Position numbers and translations under genes: made by a program. DNA of 64,000 bases from Octopus sinensis (taxonomy: Eukaryota), in assembly GCF_006345805.1 (NCBI RefSeq), contig NC_043009.1, positions 25,420,001-25,484,000 of the forward strand, written 5' to 3'. Position 1 is the stretch's first letter, and each line of letters begins with the position of its first letter. Shown in pieces: positions 24,827 through 37,255 of the stretch. The notes beneath the pieces were generated by a model. The model saw only the letters and a program-made list of their open reading frames with translations. It did not search any database and was not told the DNA's origin.

Positions 24827-25838
24827 ACTAGCATTAAAGACCCGTCGTTGCCGGGTCATAGTGCTAGTGCATGTATATATGTGTACATATTACATGTACA
24901 TCTATATATATACATCTACACATAAAATACAAAATACAAAGTTATATCTTGATATCGCTAGTGATAACAATACTCAAAATATATAACAGACTGGAATTGT
25001 TAGCCCGTCTCTTGTAATTTTGATGAATTGTATCTTGTCCTCCCTCTTGTATAGAAGTGTGGCTACAATCCAGCCTACCTCTACTTCGGGGGTGGGGGGC
25101 ATTTTAAATTTTTTTCCAGGACGTCCTACGTCTCAGATATAAAGGTAAAAATAAAATATTTCCACTTTGCAAGTTCGAGTCGAGTACTCCCTTGCACGCT
25201 CCGTTGACTCGAACCTTGCTTCTATTGGGCGAATTTACCGCCACTGATTAGATACCTTTCATAGTCGCACCAAGACACTTTTCCAAGGTGCTTTCCTCCA
25301 TATGTTCAAATCTTTTTTCTCTACAATGTATACTTTATAGACAATAGTCTTTTCTTTAATTTAATTTTTTATTATCCATCTGGACTATTCCATTTCTGCA
25401 CGCTAATTTTATTTTTAATTTATTCCCATTCATGTGAAACCACTTATTCAAGTTCAAATCATTGATGCAATTTTATACCAATTGCTATTTTTACTTTTGT
25501 CATGTTACTTTAGTTTGATTTTAATTATTACTTACTACATATAATTCAATTGTTATTATTATTTTTATTGTTAAAGTGAAAGTATTTGACATAAAATAGA
25601 GAAACGTTTTTGTTTCACTTTTAACACGTAATACTGAAATAGTGGAGAAGATATGATATTGCTATGGACTCGCTCTAGGCAAGAAGTTGAACATTTTTTT
25701 TTTATGCCGATGACACTCCCCGGACCCTAAGTAAGGCATGTGTAAAATTTGAATGAAATTGGTTGTGTAGTTCTCAAGTTTTAGGGAAACACACAGACAG
25801 ACAGACACACATTCTCAGTTTTATATATATATAAAGAT
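24827..25838 (+). mobile_element. Non-autonomous Helitron/Helentron-like element (Lep1/DINE-1-type architecture), nested in a family A SINE
   Basis: 5' ACTAGC followed by hairpin GACCCG-tcgttgc-CGGGTC (24839-24857). The 3' end has ...gtaaaatttgaatgaaattgg...(CAGA)n...ttttatatatatataaagat. SINE head at 24655-24820 resumes at ~25840. Confidence 0.65.
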
Positions 25839-28800
25839 ATCTGTTTGTTTGTGTTTATCCCCTATCCACTGTTTGACAACAAGTGTTGGTTTGTTTACAT
25901 CCCTGTAACTTAGCAGTTCAGCCAAAAGGGCCTGCTAGAATAAGTACCAGACTTGAAATGTTCCAAACCCTGCAATGTGGTGCCCCAGCATGGCCACACT
26001 CTAATTACTGAAACAGATTACGAAAGAAAAGATAACCAGGCATGGTTGTATAGTAAGAAGTTTGCTTTCCAACCTCATGTTTCTGGGTTCTGTCCCACTG
26101 TGTGGCACCTTCGGCAAGTGTTTTCTACCACAGCCCCAAGATGACCAAAGCCTTGTGAGTGGATTTGGTAAATGGAAACTGAAAGAAGCCTGTAGTATAT
26201 ACGTATAAAGCACCCTGCATACTCTGTTAAGCAGTTGGCATTTGGAAGCATTTCCAGCCACAGAAACCATGTCATAACAGACAGTTGGAGTTCTGGCTAG
26301 TTCCCTGCTGACCAGTTCCATGTCAAACTGTTCAACCCATGCCAGCATGGAAAACAGACGTTAAACAATGATGGTGATAATATACATGTCTGTGTGTCTG
26401 TGTTTGTCCCTCGCCACTGCTTGATAACCGATGTTGGTGTGTTTACAGCCCCGTAACTTAGTGGTTTGGCAAAAGTGACTGATAGCATAGGTCCCTGGCT
26501 TTAAGAAAAAATGTCCTGGGGTCAATTCGTTCAACCAAAGTTCTTCCATACAGTGCTCCAGCATGGCTGTAGTCTACTGACTGAAGTAAAAGATAAAAGA
26601 TAATATATATAGAAGACACAGGCATGGCTGCATGGTTAAGAAGTTTGCTTTTTAACCACATGGTTTCAAGTTCAATTCCATTGTTAGGTTCACAATTCAT
26701 GGCAATAATTTCTGCTTTTCATCTGTCTCAAAACTTCGTTTAAAGTTTTCTCATTTTTGAAACAAGTTGCAACAGCAATAACACTGTATTTGCACCATTT
26801 GGTTCTGTTTTAAAGTGCAAATCTTTGTTTTAACTGGAATTTATCTTCTTACTCTCCTTAGTTATCTATTTTTTGTCTGCTATGACCCTGGCTTTGTGGT
26901 TAAAGTGTTGAACTCCTGATTGTAAGATTGTGGTTTCAATTCCTGGACCAAACAATGCATTGTGTTCTTGAGCAAAACACTTCATTTCACATTGCTCCAG
27001 GTCCCTCTGCTAACAAAAATGAGTAATCCTACGAGGGACCGGCGTCCCACCCAGGAAGGAATATACACACCAGAGAGACCAGGAAACCAGCCCTATGCTC
27101 CTTACAGACTAATGTGGACTAACCATGACCCTAGAATATCCTGTCCTCTTGTCCTCTGTCTGTTACAACCTTGGTTTCATTATATCATTTTCTTTTTCCT
27201 TTCTTACCTTTTTTGTTTTTCATTATGGGCAGCTCTCGTTTACCATTCTAATGGTTGGTTATTGACTCCAAATATTTCAACAGCTTTCTGCTGCCATAAT
27301 GGAAGTTCATTCTTCATCCCAGATGTTCTATTTCCATCCATTCATGGTCTTTTTTCTTCTTTTCCTTAAAATGTTCTTACCGGTTCTCTTTGTAAGGACA
27401 TTCACTTAACTACATTCTTTGAAATGCCTTGCCTACTTAACAGGACAATTTGCATGAATCTTTCTCACTCTCTTTCTCTCATCATATATCGTTTAATACA
27501 AATATTACATAAAGAGGTGTTTACTAATCTATTGACCTGCCTTGTGTTGGTTCACTCCTTAGTCCCAACAATTTCATTTACTTTACAATCTCAAAGTTAA
27601 ATTAATTGATTACCCATTGATGGATAACTCTGACCTACAAAGGTCAACCTGATGACCTTATTGCTTCAGTGCTTGGAATCAATGAATATTTACACCCACA
27701 CACACACAGATGTACCTGCTTTATTCTCTCTATCTCTTTTTATTTTTATCTATTTTTTCCTATATCCTTTTCTCCCTCTCTTTCTCTCATCTTTTGTGCT
27801 CTCTCTCTCTCTCCATCTTAATTTTATCCGTGTACATGTGTAGATATGTTTGTATTTATATATGTGTGTTTGTGTGTATATGCATGTTACAGTTTACAAG
27901 GTACTTTTAGTTGTTGGTGGTAGGGGGGATCTGTCAAGCAGCTGTTTGGTTCGTGACCATCTTTTCAGTGGAATGTCCTTCGTCTTCAAGAATGTGAACT
28001 TGTCTTTTATTTAGCAGTTAATGTCTTTGACATTAATGAGACTTCTCAAAGAAGACTCATTAATGCCATAGAGATTTTTCTTTGACACAAACAAAAGAAC
28101 GATAATAGTTGCTGTGAGGTTTGTAATTCAGGTTGAAAAGAGCAGTTGGGGTGGTGGGGGTGTGTGACAAATTCTGTGGAGTGTTGAATGAAATACTTAG
28201 GAGTGTTTAATTTTGGTCTTTTTACATTTTGAGTTCAAATCCTGTTTGGGTCCACTTTGTTTTTTTCATAATTCTGTGCTGGTTTCAACTTATTCTCTTG
28301 TCTTGCTTGATTACCGCCTCTCCACCTTGGCTTCTGGGTGTTTTCAGTGTGAATCAGAGCAAGATCACCCTTTATGATAAGGGATATCAATGTTCATTTA
28401 GTAGTGTGGGTGTAGTGCTATAGGTTAGTCGGCCCTGATTAGCCTCGATCAAACAGACCCATCTATGATTAAAGACCTTTCTGGTCATGACCGTCATTCC
28501 ATTTTCATGGTTTTTACACCCATTCTTTTCATGCTCCTATAGGGTTAGATTAGTGGTTCTCATCTAGGGTTCACATGACCCTTGGGGGATCCACGTAAGA
28601 TTTTGTTGTTAAAATTTATGTACAATAAACTGGTTATTCTTCTGAGAAGAAGATCCATCAAGCCAAGTAAATTGCTGTCATTACAGTTCTTAACTGCATG
28701 GCTCTACCTGTTGTACATATTCAAAAGAAGTTTCACTTGAAACTTTACATTTTTTATTCACTTGTTCCTTAATCATGCCCTGTTATGAAACTTCATGCAC

Positions 28801-28897
28801 CACCCAAATATTGCCATGGCTCACCAGTGGGGCATGCACCCTTCCTGCAATAATACTTGGTTATGCTGTCAGGTTGACCTGCTACAAACAGCAGCCA

Positions 28898-29690
28898 ATC
28901 GTCATCATTGTTTTATGTCCGCTTTCCATGCTGGCATGGGTTGGACGATTTGACTGAGGACTGGCGAACCAGATGGTTGCATCAGGCTCCAATCTGATCT
29001 GGCAGAGTTTCTACAGCTGGATGTCCTTCCTAACACCAACCACTCCGAGAGTGTAGTGGGTGCTTTTACGTGCCACCGGCATGAGGGGCAGTACTGGCAA
29101 CAGCCATGCTCAAACGGTGTTTTTACGTGCCACCTGCACAGGAGCCAGTCCACTAGTACTGGTACCGATCTCGCTTGAATATCTTTACATGTGTCACTGG
29201 TGCAAGTGCCAGTAAGGCGACGCTGGTAACGATCATGCTCGAATGGTGTCCTTTTACGAGCCACTGGTATGGAACCCAGTAAGCTGCTCTGGCAACAATT
29301 ACGCTCAGATGGTGCTTTTAGCACTCCACTAACAAGGATGCCAGTCATCAAATTTGATTTCGATTTCACTTACCTCAACAGGTTTTCTCAAGCAGAATTT
29401 AGTGTGCAATGAAGGAAAAGTGTGCATAAGTGGGCTGGTTACATCCCTGGCATAGGCCACAGTTTATGGCCTCACTTGGCTTGCCGGGTCTTCTCAAGCA
29501 CAGCATATTTCCAAAGGTCTTGGTCACTAGCGAGAGGCCCTTTGTCACCAGCAGAGGTAAGAGCTCTCTGAACTTTGCCCAGGCTATTCTTATTCTAGCA
29601 GCTACACTTTCAGTGCACCCACCCCTGCTACTAACTTGGTCGCCTAGGTAACGGAAGCTATCAACTATTTTAGTTTTTCTCCCTGGAATG
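28898..29690 (-). mobile_element. RTE-clade LINE 3' portion with an internal deletion
   Basis: Minus strand reads QGEKLKIVDSFRYLGDQVSSRGGCTESVAARIRIAWAKFRELLPLLVTKGL, then jumps to DLWKYAVLEKTRQAK*. The 3'UTR ends in a degenerate (GAT)n tail. Confidence 0.85.
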
Positions 29691-29959
29691 TGGCAGAGCG
29701 AAAAACCATGCCATGATAGAATGGTTTTTTAACTGCATGTCACAACACCTTCTTGATGTGTCAATGATAATTTCTAGGTGTGGCATGGAATTAATCAAAC
29801 GTAATAAGTATTTCCAGATATTTGACTTTCAAGTTCATTTGAGATCTGACATGTCTGCATGTGACTGGTGGCATGAAACTAATTGCTGACACAACATAAT
29901 GCGTCATGTGTTGCCATTATGAAAAACAGAAAACTCCGCTCTATAGTCTTTAGAAAAAA

Positions 29960-32900
29960 AAGAACTTTTGCACTTGCATTCATCTCATCACCTGACACTT
30001 TACCTGTGACGAAAGAGTCACAATATTTCCTCAATCTCACCTGATTATCTACAGTCAGTGTTCATAAATGCATGTCTTTACACCTGATGAAATAGTCACA
30101 AGACATTCTCCCCTTCTCTTACAGACACAGGTGACGCAGGTATGTCTAGGTATTCATTGTACTTTAGCTGCGCACATTTCATCTGATGTAGAAACAGGTG
30201 ATATTGGCCATCGAGTGCAAAGAATCAGGTGACTGTGTGTGGGTGTTGGGAATAGGTGGTGTTGGGTGGGTGTGGGAGATGTCGTGACTCTTTGATCTGG
30301 AGCAGATCAGCTGATCGGTGGGATTGGTTCTTCATATGGAAAGAGATACCATCATCATCATCATGTTATTCATTTTCCCATGCTTGCATGCCGTCATTGT
30401 CATCGTCGTCATCATTATCATTTAACGTTCATTCTTCATGCTGGCATGGGTTGGATGGTTTGGCAGGAGCTGGCAAACCGGAAGCCTGCATCAGGCTCCA
30501 GTTATCTGTTTCGGCATGGTTTCCATGGCTGGATGTCTTTCCCAATGCCTATAACTTCACAAAGTGTACTGGGTGCTTTGGACGTAGCACCATCACTGGC
30601 ACTTTTTACATGGCCTGGCATGGGTGCCTCTTACGTGGCACTGGCACTAGGTGCTTTTCACTCGGCACCAGTATGGGTGCTTTTCTATAGGGCTGTAGCA
30701 TGTCAGACAAAATCCATTGAGGAATGTTTTCTATCGCCTGATGCTCCTCCTGTCACCATTCTTTTGTCTGCTGCTAAGCAAAATAATATTTCTTCCAGTC
30801 TTCTGGACACAATGTTATGGTCTTATGTTTCCATGGAAAACTGCACAAATGATACTGCTTATATGATGGTACTGGTGCGCAATGTGAGGACGAGGTGACA
30901 CAGGTGTGCGCACGCAAACACACACACACACTCTGTATTTCTTTATTGCCCACAGGGAAGGGGGGGGGCTAAACCTAGAGGGGACAAACAAGGACGAACA
31001 AAGGGATTGTCGATTACAACAACCCCAGGGTGTAACTGATTACTTATTTAATCAACCCCAAAAGGATGAAAGGCAAAGTCAACTTCGGCGGAATTTGAAA
31101 TTGGAATATAATGGTAGACAAAATGCTGCTAGGCATTTCGCCTGGCATGCTAATGATTCTGAAAACTCGCTGCCCTACACAGATTCATATATCATCATCA
31201 TCATTTTTCATCCACTTTTCCATGCTCATATCGGTTGGGCAGAATTTTGTTGAGGCAGATCTTCCACAGGTAGTTGCCCATTCTGTCAGCAACCCTCACC
31301 TGTTTCCAAGCAAGGTAGTATTCCCTGTGACCAGACACATCTTGGAAGATTGGAAATTTAGAACACCGCTTGCATGACAGTGATACTCATTTGCAACAGG
31401 ATTCTTTCAGTTTCCCTCGAATAAATCTGTTCACATTGGTTGACCTAGGGCTATTGTAGGAGACACTTGGTCATGGTTCCGTGTTGTGGAACTGAACCTG
31501 AAATCACAAGTTCTGAACCACAAGGCTACATACGTAACTTTTATTGTAAGTAGACCTAAGTTTCGTAAACTACAAAATATAAATATCCACACTACAACAC
31601 CTGAAACACACCTGTTATAATTCTTTATCTCAACTGGAATGTATGTGGAAGTATTTAGAATACCCAAACTTATTTCTGCAAATGTGCTAAGCACTGATGC
31701 TGATCATAGTTTAATTAATAAATGTGGGTGCAAGGTTAATGCAGGAAAAATAGGGGTTGGGGTTAGTGGGGCCCCATTTAACCCTTTTGTTACCATATTT
31801 CTGTTGAGATGCTCTGTGTTTCTTTCAACTGACAAGTAAAATAAAAAAAAAATGTATTTATTTATAAGTATATATGAAATGGTAAGAACTTTTGCACTTG
31901 CATTCATCTCATCACCTGACTCTTTACCTGTGACGAAAGAGTCACAATATTTCCTCAATCTCACCTGATTATCTACAGTCAGTGTTCAGTAATGCATGTC
32001 TTTACACATGATGAAATAGTCACAAGACATTCTCCCCTTCTCTTACAGACACGGGTGACGTAGGTATTCATTGTACATTAGCTGCGCCATTTCATCTGAT
32101 GTAGAAACAGGTGATATTGGCCATCGAGTGCAAAGAATCAGGTGACTGTGTGTGGGTGTTGGGAATAGGTGGTGTTGGGTGGGTGTGGGAGATGTCGTGA
32201 CTCTTTGATCTGGAGCAGATCAGCTGATCGGTGGGATTGGTTCTTCATATGGAAAGAGATACCATCATCATCATCATGTTATTCATTTTCCCATGCTTGC
32301 ATGCCGTCATTGTCATCGTCGTCATCATTATCATTTAACGTTCATTCTTCATGCTGGCATGGGTTGGATGGTTTGGCAGGAGCTGGCAAACCGGAAGCCT
32401 GCATCAGGCTCCAGTTATCTGTTTCGGCATGGTTTCCATGGCTGGATGTCTTTCCCAATGCCTATAACTTCACAAAGTGTACTGGGTGCTTTGGACGTAG
32501 CACCATCACTGGCACTTTTTACATGGCCTGGCATGGGTGCCTCTTACGTGGCACTGGCACTAGGTGCTTTTCACTCGGCACCAGTATGGGTGCTTTTCTA
32601 TAGGCTGTAGCATGTCAGACAAAATCCATTGAGGAATGTTTTCTATCGCCTGATGCTCCTCCTGTCACCATTCTTTTGTCTGCTGCTAAGCAAAATAATA
32701 TTTCTTCCAGTCTTCTGGACACAATGTTATGGTCTTATGTTTCCATGGAAAACTGCACAAATGATACTGCTTATATGATGGTACTGGTGCGCAATGTGAG
32801 GACGAGGTGACACAGGTGTGCGCACGCAAACACACACACACACTCTGTATTTCTTTATTGCCCACAGGGAAGGGGGGGGCTAAACCTAGAGGGGACAAAC

Positions 32901-34760
32901 AAGGACGAACAAAGGGATTGTCGATTACATCAACCCCAGGGTGTAACTGATTACTTATTTAATCAACCCCAAAAGGATGAAAGGCAAAGTCAACTTCGGC
33001 GGAATTTGAAATTGGAATATAATGGTAGACAAAATGCTGCTAGGCATTTCGCCTGGCATGCTAATGATTCTGAAAACTCGCTGCCCTACACAGATTCATA
33101 TATCATCATCATCATTTTTCATCCACTTTTCCATGCTCATCGGTTGGGCAGAATTTTGTTGAGGCAGATCTTCCACAGGTAGTTGCCCATTCTGTCAGCA
33201 ACCCTCACCTGTTTCCAAGCAAGGTAGTATTCCCTGTGACCAGACACATCTTGGAAGATTGGAAATTTAGAACACCGCTTGCATGACAGTGATACTCATT
33301 TGCAGCAGGATTCTTTCAGTTTCCCTCGAATAAATCTGTTCACATTGGTTGACCTAGGGCTATTGTAGGAGACACTTGGTCATGGTTCCGTGTTGTGGAA
33401 CTGAACCTGAAATCACAAGTTCTGAATCACAAGGCAACATACGTAACTTTTATTGTAAGTAGACCTAAGTTTCGTAAACTACAAAATATAAATATCCACA
33501 CTACAACACCTGAAACACACCTGTTATAATTCTTTATCTCAACTGGAATGTATGTGGAAGTATTTAGAATACCCAAACTTATTTCTGCAAATGTGCTAAG
33601 CACTGATGCTGATCATAGTTTAATTAATAAATGTGGGTGCAAGGTTAATGCAGGAAAAATAGGGGTTGGGGTTAGTGGGGCCCCATTTAACCCTTTTGTT
33701 ACCATATTTCTGTTGAGATGCTCTGTGTTTCTTTCAACTGACAAGTAAAATAAAAAAAAAATGTATTTATTTATAAGTATATATGAAATGGTAAGAACTT
33801 TTGCACTTGCATTCATCTCATCACCTGACTCTTTACCTGTGACGAAAGAGTCACAATATTTCCTCAATCTCACCTGATTATCTACAGTCAGTGTTCAGTA
33901 ATGCATGTCTTTACACATGATGAAATAGTCACAAGACATTCTCCCCTTCTCTTACAGACACGGGTGACGTAGGTATTCATTGTACATTAGCTGCGCCATT
34001 TCATCTGATGTAGAAACAGGTGATATTGGCCATCGAGTGCAAAGAATCAGGTGACTGTGTGTGGGTGTTGGGTGGGTGTGGGAGATGTCGTGACTCTTTG
34101 ATCTGGAGCAGATCAGCTGTCGGTGGGATTAGTTCTTCATATGGAAAGAGATATCATCATCATCATCATTTTTCATCCACTTTTCCATGCTCACATCGGT
34201 TGGGCAGAATTTTGTTGAGGCAGATCTTCCACAGGTAGTTGCCCATTCTGTCAGCAACCCTCACCTGTTTCCAAGCAAGGTAGTATTCCCTGTGACCAGA
34301 CATATCTTGGAAGATTGGAAATTTAGAACACCGCTTGCATGACAGTGATACTCATTTGCAACAGGATTCTTTCAGTTTCCCTCGAATAAATCTGTTCATA
34401 TTGGTTGACCTAAGGCTATTGTAGGAGACGCTTGGTCAAGGTTCCGTGTTGTGGAACTGAACCTGAAATCACAAGTTCTGAACCACAAGGCTACGTACGT
34501 AACTTTTATTGTAAGTAGACCTAAATATCCACATTAACACACCTGTTATAATTCTTTATCTCAACTGGAATGTATGTGGAAGTATTTAGAATACCCAAAC
34601 TTATTTCTGCAAATGTGCTAAGCACTGATGCTGATCATAGTTTAATTAATAAATGTAGGTGCAAGGTTAATGCAGGAAAAATAGGGGTTGGGGTCAGTGG
34701 GGCCCCATTTAACCCTTTTGTTACCATATTTCTGTTGAGATGCTCTGTGTTTCTTTTAAC
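29960..34760. repeat. Tandem triplication: ~1.92-kb unit twice plus an internally deleted third copy
   Basis: Unit start aagaacttttgcacttgcattcatc at 29960, 31884 and 33793. The ORF track shows identical peptides at 30256/32169 and 31639/33548. Confidence 0.97.
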
Positions 34761-34937
34761 TAATTTTAAATATAATAAAGAATTTAGTAAAATAACTTAG
34801 TTATCATTAAGCTAATGTTAGGAACATAAATTTTGACTATGCTTGGTGGAAAATTTTAATTCAAAACTTATGAAAACAAGACATTTGTACTACGGAGCCA
34901 GAGGCGGTTTCAGGCGGGTTGGTATCAAAAGGGTTAA
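34709..34937. mobile_element. piggyBac-like MITE family 2, intact copy
   Basis: TTAAcccttttgttacca ... tggtatcaaaagggTTAA inverted termini. Partial copies at ~31778, 33686, 37936 and 8160. Confidence 0.8.
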
Positions 34938-36824
34938 GCAGCTCTTCAGAAATTGAATCTCCTTATAATACTCTCTGGGAGTTTTTGGTTTGAAATTCAT
35001 TGTCATTGCTTCAATTTGTTTGCCAATGCCATTATTTAGTTTAAAATGCAGTAAAAATAGGGGGGGGGTCAGTGGGGCCCCAATTAGGCACCCTTAAAAA
35101 AATAGACGCCCTTAGGACATTTCCTGGAGTTAGGGGTGTTACTGGTTTGAGTTACGTTGTCCTTGCACCAGCAGTCTAGGAAGATTTAACAAGTGTAAAA
35201 ACATAACGGACAGAGAAACATCACTCAAATTTATAATAGGATTACTGTATTGAACATCAAGTTTTAAACCCTTGTTGTCATATGAGTTTCTAGATATTGT
35301 TCACAGTAGTTTCAAATTTGAGAGTTGGTGAGGGGCTCTCTGTCCCCTTGCTAGCCTCAATTGGTACTTTTTTTTTCTTTTTTTCCCTTTTTTTTTTCTC
35401 TTCTAACAACTCCACAGTTTGCAGAACAGTGAGCAAGTCCTGAGTCCTTAGTAATCAACCAAACAGCCTTCTTTCAGAAGTGATCTCAGAACCTTTGTTC
35501 TCATCATCATTATCATCATTTAATATCCATTTTTCCATGCTGGCATGGGTTGAACAGTTTGGCTGGAGCTGGTATGGCCAAGGGTCGCACCAGGCTCCAA
35601 TTGTCTATTTTGACATGGTTTCTACAGTCCCCTTCCTAGCACCAACCACTTTTCAGAGTGTACTAGGTGCTTTCCATGTGGAATTAGCACCAGTGCTTTT
35701 TATGTGGCACCTCTGTGAAATAATAATTTAATATGACAGCGCATTCAAGATCTTGTAAGTTTAGCTAGTGGAGATGTTGTGATGTTCTTACATTTTCCAA
35801 CAGAATTAAGTGTCGAAATAAAACAGCGCCAGCTGGGAATTGAAGACGGGTGGCGATGCGCTCTTGACTGTCCGGTGGCTTAACCTCTTGTTCTATGGCG
35901 CTTGCCAGCTTTTCTTTGGAAATGTTGCTTGTGATTTGTGTAGGAAGAACAGCTGCTGGCTTTAGTAACTAGAATCACAATAGTATTGTAGTATTAGTAG
36001 TAATAGCAGCAGTGCTGGTGATAGTAGTAGTAGTAGCATCTGTGACTACTATTGTAATAGAAGCAACAGTCTTTGTGGTAGTAGTAGCAGTAGTAGTAAG
36101 CATTGTTTTTGTTGGTGCTACTAATCATTGCAACTCAGTCATGAATTGTTTTACTTTTACTATATTTATGGATTTTTCATGTGTGTGTGTGTGTGTGTTC
36201 AGTTGGCCGTCTGGTGTATATCTTTCTGCCACACACACACACACATCACATATACAAACTATATAAAGTGGATATTCATCTCCTCCTCCCTTCTCACGTC
36301 ATCACTTTCTCACTCTCTCTTTCTCACTCTCTCTTTCTCTCTCTCCTCACCACACTACTACCATCTATGTGGAGTCTTATGAATGAATGAACAATGAAAC
36401 TAACCTGAATGAATGAATGAGTTTACAAAATAAGCACACATGCAAAAAAAAAATAATGAAGATATATTTGGTTGGGTGAACCATCTCCTCTCCCCTCTCA
36501 TCTTTTCTATTTACGTCACTTTTCATCTAATTTTTCTAACCCCCCACCCCAACCCACTGCCTCTTATTTTGTGGTTAAAAAAAAACCCATTCATTTTTAT
36601 TTAATTTTATGTATATTTTTTCCAATACGTAAAATCTGTCACCATTTGGTCTGTGACCGTAAAATATTCCACTTGTTCATCTACTACCTTTCTCCAATTA
36701 TTTCTCTACTTTCATGTCTAGCCAAAGAAGGGGACCCTCCATGCAACCCACAATAGCCCAGCCTGTTATAATTGGCAACCAAATCTCCTTCAAATCTTAA
36801 CCCCCCTCCTCTAACTTTTACCTT

Positions 36825-36829
<5 letters not shown>

Positions 36830-36896
<67 letters not shown>

Positions 36897-37255
36897 CGCC
36901 ATCCATCTTATCTTGTATTGAACTCAGTGTCTCATCTCTGTCTCTTTATAAACCTGTCTGTCTAATCTGTATAGCTCTGTAAATCTCTTTCAACATAAGT
37001 AACAGTCTCTTTCTCTATCTGTCTATCTACTTATCCATCTATCTACCTACCTGCCTATCTACCTACCTGCCTATCTACCTACCTGCCTATCTATCTACCT
37101 GCCTATCTATCTACCTACCTACATATATATCTACCTACCTACCTATCTATCTATCTACCTACCTATCTACCTATCTATCTACCTACCTGTCTGTCTATCT
37201 ACCTACCTATCTAATCTATCTAGCTATCTATCTCCCCTTCTCTCTCTCTCTCTAT
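36830..37255. repeat. Compound microsatellite (CT)n(AT)n and (CTAT/CTAC)n
   Basis: Direct inspection. Confidence 0.95.

Noticed and set aside
30080-30215. CTGATGA...GAAA motifs suggestive of a Penelope-type hammerhead ribozyme (also CTGAGGA...GAAA at 44882-44925)
   Set aside because: Stems I and III and the NUH cleavage triplet could not be built. An Infernal search with hammerhead models would be decisive.
30256-32610. Duplicated 144-172 aa ORFs as a tandem gene pair
   Set aside because: They are read-throughs of RTE-tail repeat sequence inside the tandem duplication, with GTG starts and no protein features.
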